Counted from the stretch's first letter, positions 16,920 through 24,427 are shown. The stretch: 64,000 bases of DNA from an uncultured Candidatus Saccharibacteria bacterium (GCA_964589975.1 CAZPVH010000001.1:164853-228852), one strand, 5' to 3'. Notes: generated by a model from the letters alone, not told the origin. Translations and numbers: made by a program.

Positions 16920-17741
16920 ATGAATCGGAAAGCGAAAATCATTATTGGGATACTTGCGACGCTACTCGTGACAGCACTCGCACTCTACTTTTTTATTTTC
17001 AGACTTGAGCGTATTACATATTCGACTATGGATAACTTTGAGGACTTGGGTTACGATCCGAGCTGTAATGTTGCTGGTATAAACATACACGGGGACTTGT
17101 ACACATATCTAAGTGAGGATGAATACTCAGGTGACAACGCTTCAGGAGAGGATATTTATGCAGCACTCGATGACGCAGAAAAAAACAAACAGATCAGGGC
17201 GGCAATACTCGATATCGACTCTTATGGCGGATCACCCGTCGCAGCCGAGGAACTTTCAAATAAAATCCGGTCCATGGAGAAACCTGTCATAGCGGTGGTA
17301 CGCACCGTCGGAGCGTCGGCGGCGTACTGGGTGGCGTCTTCGGCTGACCGGGTCTTCGCTTCAGAGTTATCCGACATCGGGTCTATCGGCGTAAGTATGT
17401 CTTATGCAGATCAGTCAGGGTTAAACCAAAAAGAAGGATACACTTGGAATAGTCTCAGCACTGGCAAGTTCAAGGATGCTGGGAGTTCTGACAAACCTCT
17501 CACGGCCGAGGAACGCGCACTCTTTGAACGAGATATAAAACTCACTTTTGAAAAATTCATTGCCGATGTGGCAGAAAACAGGGGACTAAGCGTCGAAAAG
17601 GTTCGCGCACTAGCGGACGGGTCAACCATGATGGGCAAGCAGGCTCTAACAAACGGCCTCATAGACGAAATCGGCTTCATGCCCGAAGCGGAGAAATACC
17701 TAAAATCCACCCTCAGTATAGAACCCGTCGTTTGCTGGTAA
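16920..17741 (+). CDS. sppA: Signal peptide peptidase SppA (S49 family)
   Basis: DIDSYGGSPVAAEEL...AVVRTVGASAAYWVASSADRVFASELSDIGSIGV; N-terminal TM; TATAAT at 16906-16911 makes it effectively leaderless. Confidence 0.8.
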   Translation: MNRKAKIIIGILATLLVTALALYFFIFRLERITYSTMDNFEDLGYDPSCNVAGINIHGDLYTYLSEDEYSGDNASGEDIYAALDDAEKNKQIRAAILDIDSYGGSPVAAEELSNKIRSMEKPVIAVVRTVGASAAYWVASSADRVFASELSDIGSIGVSMSYADQSGLNQKEGYTWNSLSTGKFKDAGSSDKPLTAEERALFERDIKLTFEKFIADVAENRGLSVEKVRALADGSTMMGKQALTNGLIDEIGFMPEAEKYLKSTLSIEPVVCW

Positions 17742-17933
17742 AAAATCAATTTTAAGGCAGAATTGGATTTACATAGAAGGGTTACACTGGCTTCGCATTC
17801 ATCTACGCAATATTTAGCTGGTGTGGTTTTTATGTAGCAATAGGGAAGAATACCTGTCCTGTTGATGTTTAGTTTTAGAAAGAGTACCGTTTGCTGGTAA
17901 AAGTTTGTGTAAAGCCATGGGTCTCAAACTAAA

Positions 17934-17962
17934 AGCACCGCACTCCTCGCGGTGCTTTTAAA
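17934..17962. terminator. Bidirectional terminator
   Basis: gcaccgc actcctc gcggtgc hairpin with T-runs on both strands. Confidence 0.6.
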
Positions 17963-17980
17963 CCAAACAAAGTTGGTGTG

Positions 17981-18256
17981 CTAAATGTTATCCTTAATCC
18001 ACATAGAATGCTTGTCAGTTAGACCACCCCAAGCGGCAGCGTCACTTGTAATATTTATTACAAGCAACCGATCGTTGCTGTCAATGTATGAATTCGTGAT
18101 TGTGTCACGAACCTCTTTTGCTGACTTACCAGTCTTAATTAACCACAATGATTCTAGTGGTTTAACGAAGCCTGAGTATGTCTGAAGATGGTCCCAAAGA
18201 GCTTGATAGTTTTTTTCAGGACTACGAAGATCATAGTTAATGAGAATTGTGTTCAA
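17981..18256 (-). CDS. Hypothetical 91-aa protein at the edge of the AT-rich island
   Basis: MNTILINYDLRSPEKNYQALWDHLQTY...; N-terminal beta-strand ILINYDL is reminiscent of Cas2/VapD-like ferredoxin folds but is unverified. Confidence 0.45.
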   Translation of the reverse strand: MNTILINYDLRSPEKNYQALWDHLQTYSGFVKPLESLWLIKTGKSAKEVRDTITNSYIDSNDRLLVINITSDAAAWGGLTDKHSMWIKDNI

Positions 18257-18475
18257 GTGTCTGTTGATATCTTTACTGTTAAATGCAGACTGTCAGTGAT
18301 ATATTTGTAGTGTAGTTACATATCGGTTATTTTGAACGCGAGACGACCTGATAGAGGGTTACCAATTCGCGGAAAATGTTCAATCTGGAAAGGCTGCCTC
18401 AATATGGCAGCTTTTCGTTTATATTTTATGCTATAGGGGTTTTCTGTCAACCTTGTCAACTATGTGGAAAAGTAT

Positions 18476-18503
18476 TTGCTAACTTTTGACAAGGTAGTAT
18501 AAT
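18476..18503 (+). promoter_or_regulatory. Promoter for the LexA-like gene (leaderless; TATAAT 6 nt before the ATG) with flanking inverted repeats
   Basis: ttgcta-N16-tataat; inverted repeat CTTGTCAA (18451-18458) / TTGACAAG (18487-18494); tandem TGTCAAC x2. Confidence 0.4.
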
Positions 18504-18509
18504 GTTCAC

Positions 18510-19154
18510 ATGCATCCAATACAAGAAAAGTTACTAAAAATCATTAGTGAGAAGAATATTGGGGATCTCACACTACGTGATATCGGTGATCTAATTGCCG
18601 AAAAGTTACCTCAGAAGATTAAACACCACCTTTTTCAGCTTGAGAGGAAGGGGTTTATTGTTGTCGACAAGAAAAAAAAGTCTATCACTAGAGTGATCGG
18701 TGCAAAAAAGACTCCAAAAGAAATGTTTATTTCCTTACCTATAGTCGGATCAGCTAATTGTGGTCCTCAAACTATTTATGCCGAACAAAACATTGAAGGT
18801 TATTTGAAAGTCTCTAAAAGAATAGTTCCAAAGGCTAATAATGTATTTATACTTCGTGCTGAAGGAAATTCATTGAATAGAGCAGACATAAAAGGTAAGA
18901 GTGTAGAGGATGGTGATTTTGTCATTGTTGATAGTGAAAGTACATCTCCAAAAAATAATGATTATATTGTTTCGATAATTAGTGGCTTGGCAAATATTAA
19001 AAAATACGTGTTTGATAAAGAAAATTCACAAATTGTCCTACTCTCAGAATCTTCACAACATTTTGATCCCATATTTATACATCAAGATGATGATTTTAGG
19101 GTTAACGGTAAAGTGATTGGCGTAATTAAAAAACCTAAGTTTATTAGCCATTAG
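18510..19154 (+). CDS. LexA-like repressor (N-terminal winged-helix plus C-terminal S24 autopeptidase)
   Basis: wHTH N-domain; PIVGSANCGP cleavage-site region, S24 Ser (AEGNSL) and Lys (ANIKKY); very low GC. Confidence 0.75.
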   Translation: MHPIQEKLLKIISEKNIGDLTLRDIGDLIAEKLPQKIKHHLFQLERKGFIVVDKKKKSITRVIGAKKTPKEMFISLPIVGSANCGPQTIYAEQNIEGYLKVSKRIVPKANNVFILRAEGNSLNRADIKGKSVEDGDFVIVDSESTSPKNNDYIVSIISGLANIKKYVFDKENSQIVLLSESSQHFDPIFIHQDDDFRVNGKVIGVIKKPKFISH

Positions 19155-19162
19155 TTAGTTAA

Positions 19163-19927
19163 TTGATTATAATTACATTTATGAAAACTGTTGAGTGTAT
19201 AAAAATAAAAATTGAAAAAAAGCAGACACCTCTAGATTGGAACGATTGGAAAAATACTATCCAACAAATGGATTGTTTGACTGGCCTACAACACATCCCA
19301 GATGGTTCTATTGATTTAATTGTTACAGATCCGCCTTACGGAATAAGTAAACAACTAAATTGTAAAGGAAAGAGGCTTGGATCAACAGCTAAACTAGATT
19401 TTGATTTCGGTGAGTGGGATACTTTTAGCAAGGACTGGTTCCATATCGCCGTAAAAAAGACTCGTGGGTGGATGATGACTTTTTGTGCAAAAAAAGATGT
19501 TGGCTTTTTTATTGACACTCTAGAGAAAGAAGGCTTTATAGCTGTTGATGTATTGGTTTGGCAAAAACCTGATCCGGTCCCTCTTAATGCAAAATCACGC
19601 TTTTTAAACGCATGGGAAGCTGTTGTTATAGGTAAGCGTCCAGGTTCAACTTGGAATAGCACTTATGAGCACAATATAATCAAATGCCAAGCTCCAAAGG
19701 GTAAAAATAGATTTCATCCAACACAAAAACCAGTTGAATTGATTAAAAAACTTATATCATTGGCAACGAAAGAAGGAGATATTGTTCTTGACCCATTTAT
19801 GGGTAGCGGAACTACTGCGGTTGCATGTGTAGAATCAAAAAGAAACTATATTGGTTTTGAATTATCAAAGGAATACCACAAGATGGCGCTAAATAGAATT
19901 AAAGAGTTGCCCACTCAACTATTTTAA
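19163..19927 (+). CDS. DNA methyltransferase, beta-class (N6-adenine or N4-cytosine), M1
   Basis: motif IV LIVTDPPYG near the N-terminus, HPTQKP, motif I DIVLDPFMGSGTT near the C-terminus; 9 nt after the LexA-like stop. Confidence 0.85.
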   Translation: MIIITFMKTVECIKIKIEKKQTPLDWNDWKNTIQQMDCLTGLQHIPDGSIDLIVTDPPYGISKQLNCKGKRLGSTAKLDFDFGEWDTFSKDWFHIAVKKTRGWMMTFCAKKDVGFFIDTLEKEGFIAVDVLVWQKPDPVPLNAKSRFLNAWEAVVIGKRPGSTWNSTYEHNIIKCQAPKGKNRFHPTQKPVELIKKLISLATKEGDIVLDPFMGSGTTAVACVESKRNYIGFELSKEYHKMALNRIKELPTQLF

Positions 19928-20911
19928 TTTTTGGTCTGATGAATAAATAAGTTTTGCTTTGATATCTCGTGCGTCCTTAACAGATAAGGAGGCTTGCTTC
20001 CTTCTTATTTCTTTACCTTGATCTTTATACCTTACTTCTTTTACTTTTAATTTCTTTTTAAGTAATTTAACAATCTTTTTTGTATCTGCTTCGTATATTT
20101 TTTTTACAACAAAATCATTTTTATCAACGGTGGCAAGAATTATGCTTTTATCTGTCATGTATTTCTTCAAAACATCTTTTGAAATATCTTGAAAACTCCA
20201 ACTCGATCCTTTTGCCACTTTGTATTCATACATATTACCAAAAGCATCTGTAGCGTCATGTTTTGATTGTTCAGACTGAACCTTATGTCCTAAGCGCAAA
20301 GCTACTAAAACCTCCCAAAACTTGTTGCTAGTTAAAATGTCACTGGTGCCAACCTGCTGTTCAATTTTTAAAATAACGTCAACAATCTTTTTAATCCATT
20401 CAGAATAAATTCCAGAGCACAATCCCGTGGTTGTCTTTTTTTTGAAAGCCAGGGTTGTTTCGATCTGCCTAGGTCCCACATTGATCATTTTTCTATTATT
20501 AGTAATTCGTTTTGTAGCTTCAAATAGATACCCCGATATTATTATTCCGGGAACTTCGTAGTACCAGTCAAATACCGGAAACGGAACATTTTCATCTTGT
20601 ATGTGAGCAAAGATAACACTTTTGGCTTTGATCAATTTCTCGATTGTTGTGTCTGAAAAATCATTAAATGTCCAGGTGTGATTGGAGCTACTCTCCTTGT
20701 AATGCTTATACTCAAATTCGTTACCATCGTCGTCTTTTGCGTCTCTTGATCCTGAATGACCAGAAATAAGCTTATGATTCAACGTGTCAGCGATAAGTAC
20801 CTCAAATATCTTACTATTTGTTATAATGTCTGTAACACCGAAGGTGGCATAGAAATCAGCCTGAATTTTCTTGAGTTGCCCTATAAGGTTTTCTGTGTCA
20901 TTAGTGTCCAT
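19919..20911 (-). CDS. Putative restriction endonuclease with two tandem PD-(D/E)xK modules (single-chain pseudo-dimer)
   Basis: internal repeat: ...FEVLIADTLNHKLISG...DAKDDDGNEFEYK... and ...WEVLVALRLGHKVQSE...DATDAFGNMYEYK...; each has a D...EYK catalytic signature; flanked by two methyltransferases. Confidence 0.6.
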   Translation of the reverse strand: MDTNDTENLIGQLKKIQADFYATFGVTDIITNSKIFEVLIADTLNHKLISGHSGSRDAKDDDGNEFEYKHYKESSSNHTWTFNDFSDTTIEKLIKAKSVIFAHIQDENVPFPVFDWYYEVPGIIISGYLFEATKRITNNRKMINVGPRQIETTLAFKKKTTTGLCSGIYSEWIKKIVDVILKIEQQVGTSDILTSNKFWEVLVALRLGHKVQSEQSKHDATDAFGNMYEYKVAKGSSWSFQDISKDVLKKYMTDKSIILATVDKNDFVVKKIYEADTKKIVKLLKKKLKVKEVRYKDQGKEIRRKQASLSVKDARDIKAKLIYSSDQKLK

Positions 20912-20914
20912 ATA

Positions 20915-21736
20915 ATGAAAACTATATCAATAAAAACTAAAATAAGCACTACCGACGAAAACGCATTGATTTTTGGTGATGCAATAGCAATTTTAAAATC
21001 CCTACCTGATAATTCAGTTGATCATTGTTTTACTGATCCGCCATATAACATATCTGGATACGACAATAAGAAAAAGATAGGCTGGCTTCAGTCAAACAAG
21101 ACATGGGTTGAAGAAAAGAAATTTACAAAGATAGATGCAAAGTGGGATAAATTTTCCGACGACGATTATGTTGCTTTTACCAAAGCGTGGATATTGGAAG
21201 TTATGAGGGTTTTGAAACCAAACGGTAATATTATTATTTTCGGTTCGTATCATAATATCTATAAAATTGGTTCCATACTCCAAGATTTTGATCGAAAATT
21301 AATAAATTCTATTACATGGTATAAAAGAAATGCCTTTCCAAATGTAACGCAAAGAATGTTTTGTGAAAGCACAGAGCATATTATCTGGGCTGTAAATGAG
21401 ACACAGAAAAAAGCAAAGAATTGGAAATTTAATTATAAGGAAATGAAGGCCTTAAATGGAGGTGTCCAGATGAGAAACATGTGGGACATTGTCGCAACTC
21501 CAACATCAGAGCGAGCTCATGGTAAGCACCCATCGCAAAAGCCAATCGAGATATTAAATCGTCTAGTAATAGGATGTAGTAATAAGGGCGACGTTATTAT
21601 CGATCCATTTATGGGTAGCGGCACCTTGCCCGTTGCTGCACAGATTAATGGCCGGAAATACATTGGTATTGATAGTGAGAAGGAATTTTGTGACCTTGCT
21701 CTAAAGAGGGTTAGGGCTAAAGAAAACCGATTATAA
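20915..21736 (+). CDS. DNA methyltransferase, beta-class (N6-adenine or N4-cytosine), M2
   Basis: FTDPPYN, HPSQKP, DPFMGSGT; ATG only 3 bp from the divergent endonuclease start codon. Confidence 0.85.
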   Translation: MKTISIKTKISTTDENALIFGDAIAILKSLPDNSVDHCFTDPPYNISGYDNKKKIGWLQSNKTWVEEKKFTKIDAKWDKFSDDDYVAFTKAWILEVMRVLKPNGNIIIFGSYHNIYKIGSILQDFDRKLINSITWYKRNAFPNVTQRMFCESTEHIIWAVNETQKKAKNWKFNYKEMKALNGGVQMRNMWDIVATPTSERAHGKHPSQKPIEILNRLVIGCSNKGDVIIDPFMGSGTLPVAAQINGRKYIGIDSEKEFCDLALKRVRAKENRL

Positions 21737-21743
21737 TAAATTT

Positions 21744-22688
21744 ATGCCACTATTTAAAATATATAACAATAAAGTAACAAAAATTGAAAAACGTAATATT
21801 CTTGAAAAAGATATTCAAAAGATAATAGAAGAAAATCTTCTAGAGATATTAGATATATACTTCCTAGGTACAGAATTTGTTACTACTGATGGACGAATAG
21901 ATTCCGTAGGTTTGGACAAGCATGGGTCGCCAGTAATTATTGAATATAAGAGATCCCAAAATAATAGCGTTATAAATCAAGCTACTTGGTATCTAGAATG
22001 GCTACTTGATCATAAAGAAAAGTTTGAAAAGCTTGTTGAAGATAAGTTAAAAAAACATTTTGTTAATGAGCTAAAAGATACTATGGAGCCAGTAGATTTT
22101 CCTACAATTGATTGGATGAATCCGCGCCTTATTTGTATAGCGGAAAGTTATAATAAATTTGATCTTGGCCTCGTGAAGTTTTTACCATTTAAAATTGAAC
22201 TTTTGAAATATCGTCTCTATGATGATCTATTGTCTATCGAGTCAGAGAATATACAAAAAGGTATGAGGATTAGTGAAAGAACAAACTCATTAGCAATTGA
22301 TGAAGATAGTAAGCCTATTAGAGAATACGGTAAGGAATATTTAATAACTGATCTGTTTAAAGATAGTTGGGCAGAGAGTCGTGAGCTCTTTGAGCAAATT
22401 CGTGAGAAAATTTTGGAGTTGGATAGTAATATTGAAGAGAAAATAACAAAACTTTATATTAGTTATAAAACAGAGAATATTTTCTGTGAGATAATACCTC
22501 AAGCTAAGGGCTTATGGATCCATGTCACAATTCCTATTGATAATGTTATGAAAAACAAAATAGAACTTCATGACGTAAGCGAGAAAGGGCACTGGGGAAC
22601 AGGCGAGACAAAATTCAGAGTAGAAAAACCATCTGAGGTAGATCTCGCTGTAGATTATATTAAGCAATCTTATGAGTTTGGCTTATAG
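21744..22688 (+). CDS. NucS/RecB-like PD-(D/E)xK nuclease-domain protein with an unknown C-terminal domain
   Basis: TDGRIDSVGLDKHGSPVIIEYKR matches the NucS/DUF91 nuclease core; about 200 aa C-terminal region unassigned; 7 nt after M2. Confidence 0.55.
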   Translation: MPLFKIYNNKVTKIEKRNILEKDIQKIIEENLLEILDIYFLGTEFVTTDGRIDSVGLDKHGSPVIIEYKRSQNNSVINQATWYLEWLLDHKEKFEKLVEDKLKKHFVNELKDTMEPVDFPTIDWMNPRLICIAESYNKFDLGLVKFLPFKIELLKYRLYDDLLSIESENIQKGMRISERTNSLAIDEDSKPIREYGKEYLITDLFKDSWAESRELFEQIREKILELDSNIEEKITKLYISYKTENIFCEIIPQAKGLWIHVTIPIDNVMKNKIELHDVSEKGHWGTGETKFRVEKPSEVDLAVDYIKQSYEFGL

Positions 22689-22697
22689 TGAATCTGT

Positions 22698-23261
22698 ATG
22701 GACATATTTGCACATACGTTATGGGCGAATGCTGGGGCGAGGGGAGTGAATGCCTTCCGGAAGAAGAAAGGGAAGCCTCCTGTTATGCATGCTGGATGGA
22801 CGGGGTTCTGGGGAGTTTTCCCGGACCTGTTTGCTTTCGTGATTCCATTTGTCATCGTCATTTGGAAAGTCCTGACCGGACAGCTCGCACTGTCATCATT
22901 TGGCGGACATCACCTGCCTGTCGCCGGGTTCGACCTCGCCTCATACCTCTACCAATACAGTCACTCGCTTGTGGTGTGGCTCATTGTGTTTCTACTTGTA
23001 TGGATTATTTCCAAACGTCCGCGGTGGGAGCTACTTGGTTGGGCACTGCATATACTCATAGATATTCCGTCACATGATATCGACTTCTACCCCACGCCAT
23101 TTCTATTCCCACTTTCAGATTACCGCTTCCCGTACGGCGTTGCGTGGAGCAATATGTACTACATGATCATCAACTACTCCGCACTCCTCATCGTCTGGGG
23201 CGGGATCGCTATTTCCAAAATCCGCAAATCCCAAAAACCTAACCCTACTCAGACCATCTAA
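22698..23261 (+). CDS. YdjM-like membrane-bound metal-dependent hydrolase (DUF457 family)
   Basis: multi-TM protein with His-rich loops (HAGWTGFWG, HILIDIPSHD); moderate GC, so likely native. Confidence 0.55.
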   Translation: MDIFAHTLWANAGARGVNAFRKKKGKPPVMHAGWTGFWGVFPDLFAFVIPFVIVIWKVLTGQLALSSFGGHHLPVAGFDLASYLYQYSHSLVVWLIVFLLVWIISKRPRWELLGWALHILIDIPSHDIDFYPTPFLFPLSDYRFPYGVAWSNMYYMIINYSALLIVWGGIAISKIRKSQKPNPTQTI

Positions 23262-23317
23262 CCCTATAACTACGACCCATCCCATATACACCCACCAATA
23301 CATAACGTTATTAATCC

Positions 23318-23340
23318 CTAATTCGCGCGAATTAGCGAAT
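23318..23340. repeat. 23-bp repeat copy 1 containing the palindrome ATTCGCGCGAAT
   Basis: ctaattcgcgcgaattagcgaat; second copy at 23680-23702 with one mismatch. Confidence 0.7.
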
Positions 23341-23432
23341 GTAATAATTCGTAAACTAAGGTAGAAAAATATTGAAACAAAATTAAACAAATGTGGCTAA
23401 CGGAAATAAAAATTTGTTATAATTGATTTATT

Positions 23433-23696
23433 ATGAAGAATCTAGAGCGCATAATAAAAGCTCTTGCTAATGGCCGACGTATGGCTATCGTTAGATATTT
23501 AGGGAAGCATAAAGGTTCAACTGTCGGAGACATTGCTCGGAATATAAAGTTATCTTTTAAATCGACTTCGAAGCACCTTGCGATACTTTACGCCGCAGAG
23601 CTGGTGGACAAAGAGCAAACAAGTATTTTGGTTAAATACTTTTTACCAAAGAAGCCTCACCCACTGGTAAAGTTTATCTCTAATTCGCGCGAATAA
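23433..23696 (+). CDS. ArsR/SmtB-family winged-helix transcriptional regulator
   Basis: IVRYLGKHKGSTVGDIARNIKLSFKSTSKHLAILYAAELV HTH pattern; 87 aa. Confidence 0.65.
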   Translation: MKNLERIIKALANGRRMAIVRYLGKHKGSTVGDIARNIKLSFKSTSKHLAILYAAELVDKEQTSILVKYFLPKKPHPLVKFISNSRE

Positions 23697-23702
23697 GCGA
23701 AT
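23680..23702. repeat. 23-bp repeat copy 2 (overlaps the ArsR stop codon and abuts the GIY-YIG start)
   Basis: ctaattcgcgcgaataagcgaat. Confidence 0.7.
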
Positions 23703-23948
23703 ATGTATCATTTATATATATTGAAATGCGCTGACAATACTTTGTATACAGGTATTACGACGGATTTGAAAAGGAGAGTGGGGGAGCACAATGACGGAAA
23801 AGTTGGTGCGAAATATACGCGTGGGCGCGGACCGGTAACGGTTATGTATTCGCGGCGGTTCCGTAACCGTGCGAATGCCTCACGGGAGGAGGCGCGGATA
23901 AAAAAGCTCTCTCGGACAGACAAGTTACTTTTAGTAAAAAATATATAA
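23703..23948 (+). CDS. GIY-YIG nuclease superfamily protein (YhbQ/UPF0213-like)
   Basis: YHLYILKCADNTLYTGITTDLKRRVGEHN. Confidence 0.75.
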   Translation: MYHLYILKCADNTLYTGITTDLKRRVGEHNDGKVGAKYTRGRGPVTVMYSRRFRNRANASREEARIKKLSRTDKLLLVKNI

Positions 23949-23952
23949 AAAG

Positions 23953-23977
23953 AAGCGGCGCCCGCAGGGCGCCGCTT
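23953..23977. terminator. Terminator hairpin (mainly for the minus-strand gene)
   Basis: aagcggcgcccgcagggcgccgctt. Confidence 0.55.
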
Positions 23978-23995
23978 GATCTTCATGTGTGTCGG

Positions 23996-24337
23996 CTATA
24001 CGCCGAGATCATTCTTCTTGAAATTCTCGAGCCGGGTCTTGTTCGATCGAAGGATCATTTCGAGTGCCGTTTTCGCCGATTCCGCATTGTGCTTCTTCAT
24101 GATCTCCGGTGCATCGGAGACGCGCTCCATCCTTCTTTCATACATCTCGTATGCTTCGTTGTTCGATCTTTCGATATCAACCTTCAGCTCCTCGTAAAGC
24201 GCCAAGAGAATGCGTTTACGCTTTTCCTCCAGAGCACCCTGTACGATCGCAAACTTGCGATCCAAGACCACTTTCAGGTCTGCAACTTCCTTGTCTCCCT
24301 GGGCCTTCAGGTTCTGGAGGATTTCTTTATAGTCCAT
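23996..24337 (-). CDS. Hypothetical coiled-coil protein
   Basis: 113 aa, charged and helical; terminator downstream. Confidence 0.45.
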   Translation of the reverse strand: MDYKEILQNLKAQGDKEVADLKVVLDRKFAIVQGALEEKRKRILLALYEELKVDIERSNNEAYEMYERRMERVSDAPEIMKKHNAESAKTALEMILRSNKTRLENFKKNDLGV

Positions 24338-24396
24338 GTGGTAGGTTCGTTTTTATATACCATACACTAAAATTCTGACTTGTCAATAAAATGAAT

Positions 24397-24419
24397 ACGC
24401 CCCCGTCAGACGGGGGCGT
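24397..24419 (-). terminator. Intrinsic terminator
   Basis: acgcccccgtcagacgggggcgt. Confidence 0.6.
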
Positions 24420-24427
24420 ATATTACT

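Noticed and set aside
22698-23261. Treating the YdjM-like hydrolase as part of the defence island
   Set aside because: Its GC content resembles the host genes, so it is more likely the native right-hand flank. Note that ydjM is SOS-regulated in E. coli, which is a coincidental link to the LexA-like gene.
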